This document shows, one piece after another, positions 1 to 10,517 of a DNA stretch of 64,000 nt. The translations under genes were made by a program, and so were the position numbers. The DNA lies in the NCBI GenBank assembly GCA_903921325.1, contig CAIXPL010000004.1, forward strand, positions 45,744 to 109,743, given 5' to 3'. How positions within the stretch are numbered: the first letter of the stretch is position 1; every line of letters starts with the position of its first letter. The notes beneath the pieces were generated by a model. That model saw only the letters and a program-made list of their open reading frames with translations. It made no database searches and had not been told where the DNA came from. This stretch comes from an uncultured Pseudomonadota bacterium. Its GTDB lineage: Bacteria; Pseudomonadota; Gammaproteobacteria; Burkholderiales; SG8-39.

Positions 1-333
1 CCGCGCTCCGTCCACCAATGCCTGACCGTCGGCGCGTTGGCCGCGCAGCTTGCTGAAGTCCCGAAAACCGGCCTCAAATATTCGTTCGAGGGTGCCCGTT
101 TTGTGCCGCGCCGAGGTGGCGTCGTTATAGAGCGCATTGAGATCGCCACGACTCCAGAACAGCCGCTCAAACGTATCGGTCTCGCGGCGTGCATCGCGCA
201 CCGCAAGCATCTTGCCAAAGATGTAATACCAGGACACGAACGACACACACAGTAGCAGTCCCATGACCAACTGCGCCACCAGACTGGCATGCGTAACCAA
301 AGACAGGATTGAAAGATCAGTAGTGGCGTTCAT
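1..333 (-). CDS. tolQ: TolQ (5' part; runs off window start)
   Basis: Not in ORF track. Manual translation from ATG at 333: MNATTDLSILSLVTHASLVAQLVMGLLLCVSFVSWYYIF...FERLFWS...LERIFEAGFRDF; directly downstream of ybgC. Confidence 0.93.
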   Translation of the reverse strand, partial: MNATTDLSILSLVTHASLVAQLVMGLLLCVSFVSWYYIFGKMLAVRDARRETDTFERLFWSRGDLNALYNDATSARHKTGTLERIFEAGFRDFSKLRGQRADGQALVDGAR

Positions 334-385
334 GGCGGACAAAATTTGGGGTTGGACAGACTCTCAAACAGGTGGGGCGTTTGCT

Positions 386-802
386 TCATTCATTCATGAG
401 CGCGTGGCGGACATGATCTGGTACGCCCACCGGACGCCAACTGCGTGGATTGACACAGGCCAGTTCGACCGAAGCTTCGACCAACAGTTCATTATCACGT
501 CGAATGACTTGCGCGAACAGCATGTGCGCGCGACCCACACGGCTCGGCTCGGCGCTGATCTCGATCAAATCATCAAGCCGCGCGGGACGCCGAAAATGCA
601 CCTGCGCCTGACGCACCACGAAGACAACGCCGTCGGACTGTTCCAGCGCACCGAGGTCGATCTGGTGCTGGCGCAATCGCTCGGTGCGGGCCGCCTCCAT
701 GAACGCCAGATAGTTCGAGTGGTAAACCACACCCGCTGCGTCAGTGTGCTGATAATAAACGCGCATGCGATGCGCAAAACCGGCTGCCGTACCGCCAGAC
801 AT
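386..802 (-). CDS. ybgC: Tol-Pal-associated acyl-CoA thioesterase
   Basis: RVYYQHTDAAGVVYHSNYL hotdog motif; between ruvB and tolQ; start may instead be 850. Confidence 0.92.
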   Translation of the reverse strand: MSGGTAAGFAHRMRVYYQHTDAAGVVYHSNYLAFMEAARTERLRQHQIDLGALEQSDGVVFVVRQAQVHFRRPARLDDLIEISAEPSRVGRAHMLFAQVIRRDNELLVEASVELACVNPRSWRPVGVPDHVRHALMNE

Positions 803-846
803 GCCACCCCCTTGAGTCCGGTGCCCCGGCGTAACGTGCGATCCAC

Positions 847-1917
847 TCATCGGGTTGACAGGTCGGAGTTCAAGCCTTGTGCCGACAAAGTGCCTGGCGC
901 CAGTGCGCCTGAGGGCACTGGCAATCCGCAGTGGCGATAGGCCATCAAGGTGGCCACCCGCCCGCGCGGCGTTCTCTGCAAAAAACCCTGCTGAATCAGA
1001 AACGGCTCGATCACGTCTTCAATCGTGTCGCGTTCCTCGCCAACAGCGGCAGCCAGGCTGTCGACCCCCACGGGGCCACCATCGAACCGTTCGATCACCG
1101 CCAAAAGCAATTTGCGGTCCATTACGTCAAGGCCCTGCGCGTCGACCTCGAGCATGGTGAGGGCGGCATCGGCGACGCTGCGACTCATCTCGCCGTGCGC
1201 TTTCACTTGCGCAAAATCGCGCACCCGGCGCAGCAGGCGGTTGGCAATGCGCGGGGTGCCGCGCGAGCGCCTGGCCACCTCCAGCGCGCCATCCGCACTC
1301 AGATCGCAGCCAAGCAGCAGCGCCGATCGGCTGACGATCTTTTGCAACTCGGTATCGGAATAGAACTCCAGGCGCGAGACGATGCCAAAGCGGTCACGCA
1401 GCGGGTTGGTGAGCATGCCCGCGCGCGTGGTCGCACCGACCAATGTAAAGGGCGGCAAATCGAGTTTGACCGATCGTGCCGCTGGCCCCTCACCAATCAT
1501 GATGTCAACCCGATAGTCTTCAAGGGCCGGGTACAACACCTCTTCGATGAGCGGCGACAATCGGTGGATCTCATCGATGAAGAACACATCATTCGGCTCC
1601 AGATTGGTCAATTGCCCGACCAGATCACCGGCACGCTCGAGCACCGGCCCGGAGGTTTGACGCAAATTCACGCCCATTTCGTGGGCGATGATATGGGCGA
1701 GCGTTGTCTTGCCCAGGCCCGGCGGACCGAACAGCAGCACATGATCAAGCGCCTCGCCGCGCGCCCGTGCCGCTTCGATAAAAATTTCGAGCTGATTGCG
1801 CGTGCGCTCCTGACCGACATAATCGGCCAGGGCGCGCGGACGCAAGGCGCGCTCGGAGGATTCTTCCTGCACGCTGCGCGGGGCAGCCGACACGATTCGA
1901 TCGGTTTCGATAGCCAT
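847..1917 (-). CDS. ruvB: Holliday junction branch migration ATPase RuvB
   Basis: GPPGLGKTT Walker [33 protein letters not shown]. Confidence 0.99.
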   Translation of the reverse strand: MAIETDRIVSAAPRSVQEESSERALRPRALADYVGQERTRNQLEIFIEAARARGEALDHVLLFGPPGLGKTTLAHIIAHEMGVNLRQTSGPVLERAGDLVGQLTNLEPNDVFFIDEIHRLSPLIEEVLYPALEDYRVDIMIGEGPAARSVKLDLPPFTLVGATTRAGMLTNPLRDRFGIVSRLEFYSDTELQKIVSRSALLLGCDLSADGALEVARRSRGTPRIANRLLRRVRDFAQVKAHGEMSRSVADAALTMLEVDAQGLDVMDRKLLLAVIERFDGGPVGVDSLAAAVGEERDTIEDVIEPFLIQQGFLQRTPRGRVATLMAYRHCGLPVPSGALAPGTLSAQGLNSDLSTR

Positions 1918-1926
1918 GTCGCGATG

Positions 1927-2514
1927 CTAGCCCTTTGCAAGCACGCGCAGTGAACGCCGTATCGCTTCGGGCAACGGCAGGTCGGCCGGGATGTCACGCA
2001 GGGCCGCCAGTGCCTCGCGTTCGACATAACCCAACGCAAGCAATGCGCGCAGCACATCGTCCTGCCCTCCGGCCACAGCACCGGGCACGCCACCCGCGCT
2101 CAGTCCGACCGGGGCTTCCAGCCGCCCCTTCAATTCAAGCAACAGGCGCTCGGCCGTCTTCTTGCCAATTCCAGGGATACGAACCAGACGCGCCGGTTCT
2201 TGCGCAAGCACCGCAGCCGACAGTTCATCGACCGACATCCCGGAGAGCAACGCGAGGGCAATGCGCGGACCCACGCCAGAGATGCGGATCAATTCACGAA
2301 ACGTGCGGCGCTCAGTCGTGCTGAGAAATCCGTACAGCAGATGCGCATCCTCGCGCACGACGTAATGGGTGAGCAGGACCACATTTGCGCCGACGGCCGG
2401 CAGATCGCAAAACGTGCTCATCGGCACTTCCAGTTCATAGGCGAGCCCGCCGGTCTCGACCAGGACCAGTGCCGGTGACTTCTCGATCAATGTGCCGCGA
2501 ATTCGCCCGATCAT
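1927..2514 (-). CDS. ruvA: Holliday junction binding protein RuvA
   Basis: MIGRIRG start, [36 protein letters not shown]; ATGA overlap with ruvC stop. Confidence 0.98.
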   Translation of the reverse strand: MIGRIRGTLIEKSPALVLVETGGLAYELEVPMSTFCDLPAVGANVVLLTHYVVREDAHLLYGFLSTTERRTFRELIRISGVGPRIALALLSGMSVDELSAAVLAQEPARLVRIPGIGKKTAERLLLELKGRLEAPVGLSAGGVPGAVAGGQDDVLRALLALGYVEREALAALRDIPADLPLPEAIRRSLRVLAKG

Positions 2515-3053
2515 AATGTCACCCGTCCGGCGCGAACCCGGTAGCCACCCGCAGGCAGCGCACTGGCTGCCTGCGCGGCATGTGCGTGGCAAATGGCGCA
2601 GGCGAGTGCGTCGGACGCATCTGCGCCCGGCGCACCGGCAAGTCCGAGCAATCGACGTATCATTTCCTGTACCTGAGTCTTCTCGGCATGTCCGCGTCCT
2701 ACCACAGCCTTCTTGATCTGCAGCGCAGTGTATTCGGCCACCGGCAGATTGGCGAGCACCGCGGCGCAGATCGCTGCACCGCGTGCCTGGCCCAGAGCCA
2801 GGGTGGATTGCGGGTTCACGTTGACGAACACTTTCTCAATGGCCACGTTGGCGGGCTGATGAACCGCGATCACTTCCTGCAAGCCGCTGAGAAGCACTTT
2901 CAGGCGCTCGGGCAGTCCGCCCGTATCCGGTGAACGCACGCGCCCGCTTGCAATGTAGGCAAGTCCTCGGGGTCCGGTTTCGATAACCCCAAAGCCCGTG
3001 ATACGCAATCCCGGATCGATGCCCAGAATCCGCACAACGGGGCTGGGCGTCAT
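2511..3053 (-). CDS. ruvC: Crossover junction endodeoxyribonuclease RuvC
   Basis: [38 protein letters not shown]. Confidence 0.98.
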   Translation of the reverse strand: MTPSPVVRILGIDPGLRITGFGVIETGPRGLAYIASGRVRSPDTGGLPERLKVLLSGLQEVIAVHQPANVAIEKVFVNVNPQSTLALGQARGAAICAAVLANLPVAEYTALQIKKAVVGRGHAEKTQVQEMIRRLLGLAGAPGADASDALACAICHAHAAQAASALPAGGYRVRAGRVTL

Positions 3054-3946
3054 GATGCTGCCCGGGTGGCTCGTGCTATCGGGGCCGCACGCATCTGCGC
3101 AAATGCGACACCGGCAATCGTCAAACCCATCCCGCCGATTGCCAGGCCGCCGAGCCGTTCATCGAACATCAGGTACATGAAGGTGGAGGTTGCCACTGGC
3201 ACCAGATACAGCAGGCTCGCCGCGCTCGCACTCGCGCCACGCTTGAATAGGGCGTGCAGCAGCCCGTACACCGCCGAAGAGAGCACAATGAGCCACCCGA
3301 TGGCGCCCAGGAATTGAGGTTGTGGATCAAAACTGAACGATTCCAGACTAACCGCTGCGGCCAGCAGAATCGCGGTGGGTACGATCAATTGCACCGCAAG
3401 ACCGGTGCGCCAGTCCATGAAGCCGCAAAAGCGCTTTTGATAGAGCGTGCCGGCAGTCAGACACAACATCGCGAATCCAATACCGCTGGCCTGTGGCAAG
3501 CGCGCCCAGTCAAAGGCCACCCGATCCGACAACACCAAAAACACCCCGGCCAGTCCGATGGCAAGGCCAGTCCACTGGCGCGCACGCACGGGTTCTTTCA
3601 ACCAGACCGCAGCGGCCAGCGCGGTGGCCAATGGTTGCAGCGCGCCAATAAGTGCCGTGATGCCCACCGGAAAACCGTCGGCCGCCGCATGAAAATTGAT
3701 GCCGAGATAGAGCGCATGGATCAACACGCCGGCAATCGTCAGGTGCAGCCATTGCACCGGTTGGCGTGGCCAGGGCGACCGACTCACCCAGGCAATCAAC
3801 GTCAGCAGCAACAGGGCACCGGCGCAGCGCAGCGACAACACCGTAAACGACCCCGCATGCAGCACCGCCGCCTTGCACGCCGCATAGCCACTGGACCACA
3901 GCAGGACGAACAGAGCCGGCAGCAACGCCGTGCGCAAAGCGCTCAT
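3050..3946 (-). CDS. DMT/EamA family transporter
   Basis: About 10 hydrophobic segments, [16 protein letters not shown]. Confidence 0.88.
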   Translation of the reverse strand: MSALRTALLPALFVLLWSSGYAACKAAVLHAGSFTVLSLRCAGALLLLTLIAWVSRSPWPRQPVQWLHLTIAGVLIHALYLGINFHAAADGFPVGITALIGALQPLATALAAAVWLKEPVRARQWTGLAIGLAGVFLVLSDRVAFDWARLPQASGIGFAMLCLTAGTLYQKRFCGFMDWRTGLAVQLIVPTAILLAAAVSLESFSFDPQPQFLGAIGWLIVLSSAVYGLLHALFKRGASASAASLLYLVPVATSTFMYLMFDERLGGLAIGGMGLTIAGVAFAQMRAAPIARATRAAS

Positions 3947-3958
3947 CGGTGCTGTTGC

Positions 3959-4684
3959 TCAGTCATCGATGAGGGCGGTGGAGTACACCTCCTGAACATC
4001 ATCGAGAGATTCCAGGGCGTCGAGCAATTTCTGCATGCGCACGCCATCGTCACCGGCGAGCACGGTCTCACCGCCCGGTCGCATCGTGATATCGGCCGCC
4101 TCGGGTCGCAATCCAGCCTTCTCAAGCCCGCTACGCACGGCCTGAAAATCACCCGGTGTGCTCAGCACTTCGATCGACCCATCGTCATTCACGATGACAT
4201 CCTCGGCACCGGCATCGAGCGCCGCCTCCATCACTTTGTCCTCGGCCAAGCCAGGGGCAAACAGGAACTGGCCGCAGTGCTTGAACAGAAACACCACCGA
4301 ACCATCGGTACCCAGATTGCCGCCAAACTTGGCAAACGCGTGGCGCACTTCGCTCACCGTACGGGTGCGATTGTCGGTGAGGCAATCGACAATCACCGCC
4401 GCCCCGCCAATACCATAGCCTTCATAGCGAATTTCCTCGTAATTGACGCCATCGGCCTCGCCAGCACCGCGCCGAACCGCCCGCTCGACGTTATCCTTGG
4501 GCATATTGGCTTCGGCCGCCTTTTCCATCGCCAGGCGCAACCGCGGATTCATCCCCGGATCGCCGCCACCGAGTTTGGCGGCCACGGTGATTTCCTTGAT
4601 GAGGCGGGTGAAGACCTTGCCCTTTTTTGCATCTGTGGCGGCCTTTTTGTGCTTGATGTTCGCCCATTTTGAGTGGCCAGCCAT
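3959..4684 (-). CDS. yebC: YebC/PmpR family protein
   Basis: [33 protein letters not shown]. Confidence 0.98.
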   Translation of the reverse strand: MAGHSKWANIKHKKAATDAKKGKVFTRLIKEITVAAKLGGGDPGMNPRLRLAMEKAAEANMPKDNVERAVRRGAGEADGVNYEEIRYEGYGIGGAAVIVDCLTDNRTRTVSEVRHAFAKFGGNLGTDGSVVFLFKHCGQFLFAPGLAEDKVMEAALDAGAEDVIVNDDGSIEVLSTPGDFQAVRSGLEKAGLRPEAADITMRPGGETVLAGDDGVRMQKLLDALESLDDVQEVYSTALIDD

Positions 4685-4712
4685 GTCGCCTCGTCATCCA
4701 GTTCGAAAGACC

Positions 4713-5651
4713 GTGCAGTTTAGCATTCGGCCAAGCGCGGGCTCGGGGCTGCTCGCAAAGCTGCTGGGCAATGGCAGCCTCCTTGCCGGTGTTGCCGTCT
4801 TGCTGCTCTCGGTACGGCCGGTGCTCGTCAAGCTGTGCTATGCCTATTCGGTCGACCCGGTGACCCTGCTCACCTTGCGCATGGGCCTGGCACTGCCGGC
4901 CTTCGTCGCGGTCGCCCTCTGGTTGCGCCGCCGGGCTGCACCTGAACCGATCCGGCGCAGCGACTGGTATCTGATCGCCCTGCTAGGGTTTGTCGGTTAT
5001 TACCTGGCGAGCTATCTGGACTTTCTCGGCCTGCAGTACATCCCGGCCGGACTGGGACGGCTGATCCTGTTTGTCTACCCAACCGTGGTGGTCATCATGT
5101 CCTGGGGTTTTCTCAGGCGCCCCGCCGGGGCGCGGCAGATCGTAGCGCTTGGGGTCACCTACGCGGGTCTCGCTCTGGTCCTGGGCGAGACCGCTCGGAT
5201 ACATGATCAGGCGCACCTGCTGCTGGGGTCGGTGCTGGTATTTGCCAGTGCGGTGAGCTACTCGATCTACCTGGTGATCGGCTCGCAGGTGGTGCAGCGG
5301 GTGGGGGCATTGCGCTTCACTGCCTACGCCACCATCGTCGCGAGCGGCCTATGCATCATCCAGTTTGCACTGATGCGCCCCTGGAGCGCGCTCGCCGTAC
5401 CATCGGCCGTTTGGGCCTACAGCGCGCTGATGGCGATCGGCTGCACCGTCATCCCGCTCTTTCTCACCGCCGAGGCGCTACGCCGGGTGGGCGCCAATCA
5501 GGTCGCGATCATCGGTGCGCTTGGCCCGGTGACTACGATAGCATTCGGGGCAGTTGGACTCGATGAACGCCTGGGGTGGATCCAATTGCTCGGATCTGCG
5601 ATTGTCCTGGCGGGCGTGCTTCTGGTCACCACCGGCAACCGACAGCGCTGA
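4713..5651 (+). CDS. DMT/EamA family transporter (start uncertain)
   Basis: Hydrophobic EamA repeats, GYYLASYLDFLGLQYI; the ORF-track extension overlaps yebC. Confidence 0.85.
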   Translation: MQFSIRPSAGSGLLAKLLGNGSLLAGVAVLLLSVRPVLVKLCYAYSVDPVTLLTLRMGLALPAFVAVALWLRRRAAPEPIRRSDWYLIALLGFVGYYLASYLDFLGLQYIPAGLGRLILFVYPTVVVIMSWGFLRRPAGARQIVALGVTYAGLALVLGETARIHDQAHLLLGSVLVFASAVSYSIYLVIGSQVVQRVGALRFTAYATIVASGLCIIQFALMRPWSALAVPSAVWAYSALMAIGCTVIPLFLTAEALRRVGANQVAIIGALGPVTTIAFGAVGLDERLGWIQLLGSAIVLAGVLLVTTGNRQR

Positions 5652-5718
5652 CGCACAGATGCAGACCGTGACTGTTTTGACCATCACCGATTTAGCCATC
5701 AACGCTTTAATCGCGAAC

Positions 5719-5758
5719 GATTGAATGATTGAATGATTGAATGATTGCACGATTGAAC
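5719..5758. repeat. 8-bp tandem repeat (GATTGAAT), about 5 copies
   Basis: gattgaat gattgaat gattgaat gattgcac gattgaac, upstream of the SDR gene. Confidence 0.9.
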
Positions 5759-5795
5759 CGAAGTGCAGCGTCCGGGCAAACAAGGGAGTGGCAAC

Positions 5796-6575
5796 ATGGA
5801 TTTGGGAATAAGGGGGCGTCGCGCGATCGTCTGTGCGGCAAGCAGAGGCCTCGGTCGCGGGTGTGCCTTTGCGCTCGCGCAAGAAGGCGTATTACTCACC
5901 CTGTCGGCGCGTGGCAGTGAAGCACTTGAGACAACGGCTGCCGAGATACGCGCAGCCACCGGCGTGAGCGTCACCACCGTGGTCGCGGACATGGCAACCG
6001 CGGAAGGCCGATCCGCCGTGCTCGCCGCATGTCCCGAACCTGACATTCTGATCACCAATGCGGGGGGTCCGGCACCCGGAGATTTTCGCAACTGGACCCG
6101 CGATACGTGGCTCGCCGCACTGGATGCCAACATGCTCGGGCCGATCGAGTTGATCAAGGCGACCATCGATCCGATGATTGCGCGCGGGTTTGGTCGCATC
6201 ATCAATATCACCTCGGGCGCGGTGAAACACCCGATTGACGTATTGGGTCTGTCCAATGGGGCCCGCGCCGGTCTGACCGGCTTCGTAAGCGGCATTGCAC
6301 GACCAGTGGCCAAACATAACGTGACGATTAACAACCTGCTGCCTGGCGCCCATGAAACCGACCGGGTGAAAGTCACCATGGCCGGCATGGCCAGCAAGCG
6401 CGGTATCACCGCCGAGGCAATGAAAGCTGAGCGCGAACAAGCCATTCCGGCCGGGCGTTTTGGTGACGCAATGGACTTTGGCGCGGTCTGCGCATTCCTG
6501 TGCAGCCAGCAAGCGGGCTATATCACTGCACAGAATGTGCTGGTCGATGGTGGTGCCTATTCCGGGGTGTTCTAA
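5796..6575 (+). CDS. SDR family oxidoreductase
   Basis: MDLGIRGRRAIVCAASRGLG, ITNAGGP; GGGAG Shine-Dalgarno (SD) site. Confidence 0.92.
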   Translation: MDLGIRGRRAIVCAASRGLGRGCAFALAQEGVLLTLSARGSEALETTAAEIRAATGVSVTTVVADMATAEGRSAVLAACPEPDILITNAGGPAPGDFRNWTRDTWLAALDANMLGPIELIKATIDPMIARGFGRIINITSGAVKHPIDVLGLSNGARAGLTGFVSGIARPVAKHNVTINNLLPGAHETDRVKVTMAGMASKRGITAEAMKAEREQAIPAGRFGDAMDFGAVCAFLCSQQAGYITAQNVLVDGGAYSGVF

Positions 6576-6625
6576 ACAGCGGTGTTCTAAACAGCGGTGT
6601 TCGAAACCGCGGTGTTCGAAACAAG
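6566..6625. repeat. 15-bp tandem repeat, 4 copies, overlapping the SDR stop codon
   Basis: GGTGTTCTAAACAGC x2, GGTGTTCGAAACCGC, GGTGTTCGAAACAAG. Confidence 0.9.
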
Positions 6626-6700
6626 GGGCATTTTTTGCAGGCGCCGCCCTCAACGGTGGTGGTCTGACCAGCACGGCCCCATAAAGGAGTGTTCTGAACG

Positions 6701-7450
6701 ATGAGTGCCAATCCGAACGAGTGCAGCAGCGAGGAATGGGCGGCGCGGGTTGAACTGGCTGCCTGCTACCGCGTCTTTGTCGACATGGGCTGGACGGAAC
6801 TGATCTACAACCACATTACGCTGCGGGTGCCCGATGACCCTGGCCACTTTCTGATCAATCCGTTCGGCCTGCATTACAGCGAGGTATGCGCCTCCAATCT
6901 GGTAAAGATCGACACCCAGGGCCGGGTGATCGGACGCAGTCGCCATGGCGTGAATCCGGCCGGCTTTGTCATCCACTCAGCGATCCACGCCGGCATCCCT
7001 GATGCGCATTGCGTTGCTCATACCCACACCACAGCCGGGATGGCGGTGGCCTGCACCCGCGGCGGATTGAGCATGACCAATTTTTATGCGACCAACCTGG
7101 CCGGACGCGTGTCGTATCACGAGTTCGAAGGCGTGACCACCCAACTCGATGAAGGCCCGCGCCTGGTCGAACACTTCGGTGACACCAAGGCCATGATCTT
7201 GCGCAGCCATGGTCTGATTGCGCATGGCCGCACGGTAGCCGAAGCCTTTGTATGGTTGTGGACGCTCAATCGCGCCTGCGAAATTCAAGTTGCGGCGGCA
7301 AGTACCGGTGATGCCCTGCTCGAGATCCCTCCCAGCATTTATTCCGATGCCAGCCGGGCCGGCATACAGTTCGGCCTGGAAGCCTCGCAGATGGTCTTTG
7401 ACGCCATGCGCCGCCGCATCGATCGACGCGATCCGGGTTATCGCTACTGA
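6701..7450 (+). CDS. Class II aldolase/adducin family protein
   Basis: NHITLRVP, INPFG, IHSAIH, HTHT, LRSHG. Confidence 0.92.
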   Translation: MSANPNECSSEEWAARVELAACYRVFVDMGWTELIYNHITLRVPDDPGHFLINPFGLHYSEVCASNLVKIDTQGRVIGRSRHGVNPAGFVIHSAIHAGIPDAHCVAHTHTTAGMAVACTRGGLSMTNFYATNLAGRVSYHEFEGVTTQLDEGPRLVEHFGDTKAMILRSHGLIAHGRTVAEAFVWLWTLNRACEIQVAAASTGDALLEIPPSIYSDASRAGIQFGLEASQMVFDAMRRRIDRRDPGYRY

Positions 7451-7490
7451 GGGAAGCAATCGGTGCGCACTTTTCGGTGCGCTCTGTTTG

Positions 7491-7572
7491 GTGCGCCGGG
7501 TCTCGTGCGCCGGGTCTCGTGCGCCGGGTCTCGTGCGCAGGGTCTCGTGCGCAGGGTCTCGTGCACCGGGTC
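7491..7572. repeat. 14-bp tandem repeat (GTGCGCCGGGTCTC), about 6 copies
   Basis: Directly visible; variants GTGCGCAGGGTCTC and GTGCACCGGGTC. Confidence 0.93.
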
Positions 7573-7619
7573 CGAAGCACAAGGATCGTTGAGGCAAGGG
7601 CTGTGCCTCACAAAATGCA

Positions 7620-7654
7620 AAACGCCCCGGTGATAAGCCGGGGCGTTTCTTTTT
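7620..7654. terminator. Rho-independent terminator, probably bidirectional
   Basis: Stem AAACGCCCCGG/CCGGGGCGTTT with 7-nt loop; T-run on the right, A-run on the left; between convergent genes. Confidence 0.8.
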
Positions 7655-7709
7655 GTCTGGCTGCCTGGCAAGGCAGCCTAGCGGCCTTGCCAGCGCTTCA
7701 ACGTCTGGT

Positions 7710-9389
7710 TCAGTGTGAATCAAACGTATTGATATCGACATCCTTGGTTTCTGTGATGAACAGGAAACCAATCACGAACGTGCCAGCCGCCACGATGATC
7801 GGATACCACAGGCCGTAGTAGATATCGCCTGTCGCAGCCACCATGGCGAACGCGGTAGTTGGCAGAAAACCGCCGAACCAGCCATTGCCGATGTGGTAGG
7901 GCAACGACATCGAGGTGTAGCGAATGTTGGTCGGAAACATCTCAACCAGCATCGCCGCAATCGGCCCGTACACCATGGTCACCAGAATCACCAGCAGGAA
8001 CAGGATAAACACGACCATGGTCTTGTTTATCTGCGCCGGATCAGCCTTGGCCGGATAACCAGCCGCCTTGACCGCTTCGCCAGCAATCTTGCCAAACTCA
8101 CCCTGCGCCGCCTTCACGTCATCCGGTGCCAGGCCCTTGAGCGATACGCTGGTGATCAAGGTATCGCCGATCTTGATCTGTGCCACCGTGCCCGCCGGTG
8201 CAGCCTGGTTCGAATAATTCACCGACCGCGCCGCGAGGAACGCCTTGGCAACGTCGCAAGAGCTGGTGAACTTGGCCACACCCACCGGATTGAACTGGAA
8301 CGAGCACTCGGCGGGGTCAGCAATCACCACCACGGGCGATTTCTGCTGCGCCGCCTCAAGGGCCGGATTGGCATAGTGGGTGAGTTGACCAAACAGCCAG
8401 AAATAGCTGCATGCAGCGATCAGGCAGCCGCCCAGAATGATCGGCTTACGACCGATGCGGTCAGAAATCGAGCCAAAGAAAATGAAGAAAGGCGTTGCCA
8501 GCAGCAGGGCACCGGCGACCAACAGATTGGCGGTAAATCCGTCGACCTTGAGCGCCTGGGTCAGGAAGAACAGCGCATAAAACTGGCCGGTGTACCAGAC
8601 CACTGCCTGACCCGCAGTAAGCCCGAGCAGAGCCACGATGACGATCTTTAGATTACGCCATTGGGCAAACGACTCGGTGAGCGGCGCCTTGGAACGCTTG
8701 CCTTCGGATTTCATCTTCTGGAACATCGGCGATTCGCTGAGCGAGAGCCGGATCCAGACCGAGACGGCCAGCAGAATGACCGACACCAGGAACGGAATGC
8801 GCCAGCCCCACGCAGCGAAGTCAGCCTCACCGGTGTATTCCCGCGTGCCCAGAATCACCAGCAGCGAGAGGAACAGACCCATGGTCGCGGTGGTTTGAAT
8901 CCACGATGTGTAGGCACCTCGCTTGCCATGCGGTGCATGTTCAGCGACATACGTTGCCGCGCCGCCGTACTCACCGCCCAGAGCCAGGCCCTGCAGCAAG
9001 CGCAAGGTGATGAGGATGATCGGCGCGGTGATGCCGATTGACTCATAAGAGGGCAGCAGACCGACAACGAACGTCGACAGGCCCATGATCATGATGGTGA
9101 TCAGGAAGGTGTATTTACGACCAACCAGGTCGCCGATACGGCCGAACAGAAGCGCACCGAACGGGCGTACTGCAAACCCGGCGGCAAACGCCATCAAGGC
9201 AAAGATGAACGCTGCAGTCGGATTGACCCCTGAGAAAAACTGCTTGGCGATAATCGCCGCAAGCGAGCCGTACAGGTAGAAGTCATACCACTCAAATACT
9301 GTGCCTAGCGATGAGGCAAAGATAACCTTGCGCTCTTCGGAAGTCATGCCGCCTTCTCGCGTCGGCGTGGAGGTATTGCTGGTTGCCAT
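7710..9389 (-). CDS. MFS transporter, metabolite:H+ symporter (MHS) family
   Basis: GTVFEWYDF, GRIGDLVGRK, QGLALGGEYGGA, ISDRIGRK. Confidence 0.95.
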   Translation of the reverse strand: MATSNTSTPTREGGMTSEERKVIFASSLGTVFEWYDFYLYGSLAAIIAKQFFSGVNPTAAFIFALMAFAAGFAVRPFGALLFGRIGDLVGRKYTFLITIMIMGLSTFVVGLLPSYESIGITAPIILITLRLLQGLALGGEYGGAATYVAEHAPHGKRGAYTSWIQTTATMGLFLSLLVILGTREYTGEADFAAWGWRIPFLVSVILLAVSVWIRLSLSESPMFQKMKSEGKRSKAPLTESFAQWRNLKIVIVALLGLTAGQAVVWYTGQFYALFFLTQALKVDGFTANLLVAGALLLATPFFIFFGSISDRIGRKPIILGGCLIAACSYFWLFGQLTHYANPALEAAQQKSPVVVIADPAECSFQFNPVGVAKFTSSCDVAKAFLAARSVNYSNQAAPAGTVAQIKIGDTLITSVSLKGLAPDDVKAAQGEFGKIAGEAVKAAGYPAKADPAQINKTMVVFILFLLVILVTMVYGPIAAMLVEMFPTNIRYTSMSLPYHIGNGWFGGFLPTTAFAMVAATGDIYYGLWYPIIVAAGTFVIGFLFITETKDVDINTFDSH

Positions 9390-9479
9390 CGTTTATCTCC
9401 CTGATTTTGGCAGCGGCGCTGACCAGACCCATCGACCAGTGCAGATTCCGCCATCCCCAATCGGATCTGCCCACCTGAA

Positions 9480-9541
9480 TGGCACAAACTCGCGGTGCCA
9501 ATTCATGTCGTCAAGGTGCCAGTTCAACCGGCCGTATCATA
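9480..9541. promoter_or_regulatory. Putative operator: GGTGCCARTTCA direct repeat (21-bp period) plus TGGCAC-N9-GTGCCA inverted repeat; TATGAT -10-like box on minus strand
   Basis: Repeats at 9494-9505 and 9515-9526, upstream of the MFS gene. Confidence 0.45.
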
Positions 9542-9587
9542 TAGCAATACTTGGCGCGTGGTCATTTTCCACGTTTCTGGCGCCGAC

Positions 9588-10517
9588 TTAATCCAGCTGC
9601 GCAAGGCGCCGCTCAAGGCGCGCGATCAGACGGTCGACTTCATCGCGGCCCGATTGATTCAACACCGGACCGGGCATTCGCAGCGCGTCACAACTCATCG
9701 CGCCGCGACGCATCAACACATACTTGCGAATCGCCAGGCCAACGCCCGGCTGCAGCTCATGCCGAACGAGCGGCAAATAGGCGTCAAACAAATCTTCGGC
9801 ATCCTGGTGCCGACCGGCACGCCAGAGTCGCAAGACGTTCACCATCATTTCAGGATAGGAAAATCCGGTCATCGCGCCATCGGCACCGCGCGCCAGCTCT
9901 TGCGGGTAATGCAGGGCACCGTTGCCGACCAGGATCGATACCCGGCGCCCGCCCTGGTTGGCGCGCTCGCGCACCGCACTCAGCTTATCCAGACCGGGGC
10001 AGTCTTCGTGTTTCAGCATCACTACATTGCTGAAATCGTTGATCACCCGGTTGATCACCGCCACCGACATGAAAACGCCGGTGGTCTGCGGATAATCCTG
10101 CACGACCACCGGAATATCGGACAGCGTGCCGCAAACGCGCTGATAAAACCCGTACACCTGATCATCGGACCGCAGGCCGGGCATCGGTGCCACCATGATG
10201 GCGGCGGCCCCCGCGTCCATCATCCGGCCGGCAAACGAGCGCAGGTTGTCCAGGTACGGGCTGGCCGCGCCGACAATCACTGGCACCCGATCGGCGACCT
10301 GCGCAAGCACAGTCTGCGCAAACTCGAAACTCTCATCGGGACTTAACTTCTGCTGTTCACCGAGAATGCCCAGAATGGTCAATCCGTCGGCGCCGCGCTC
10401 GAGGTAAAAGTCGGTGAGACGACGGGCGCTGTCATGATCGACCGTTCCCTCAGGGGTGAACGGCGTAGCGGCAATGACATAGACGCCACTTGCGTTAGGC
10501 GCGAGGTGTGCGCTCAT
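9588..10517 (-). CDS. DapA/NanA-family (class I aldolase) protein
   Basis: ATPF, LGILGE, VPVIVG, QDYP, Schiff-base Lys in LKHED. Confidence 0.9.
   Translation of the reverse strand: MSAHLAPNASGVYVIAATPFTPEGTVDHDSARRLTDFYLERGADGLTILGILGEQQKLSPDESFEFAQTVLAQVADRVPVIVGAASPYLDNLRSFAGRMMDAGAAAIMVAPMPGLRSDDQVYGFYQRVCGTLSDIPVVVQDYPQTTGVFMSVAVINRVINDFSNVVMLKHEDCPGLDKLSAVRERANQGGRRVSILVGNGALHYPQELARGADGAMTGFSYPEMMVNVLRLWRAGRHQDAEDLFDAYLPLVRHELQPGVGLAIRKYVLMRRGAMSCDALRMPGPVLNQSGRDEVDRLIARLERRLAQLD

Noticed and set aside
931-1953. Long antisense or alternate-frame ORFs (e.g. 931-1953, 3254-4672, 26943-28454, 48669-49955)
   Set aside because: Shadows of well-supported genes in GC-rich DNA; no recognisable motifs
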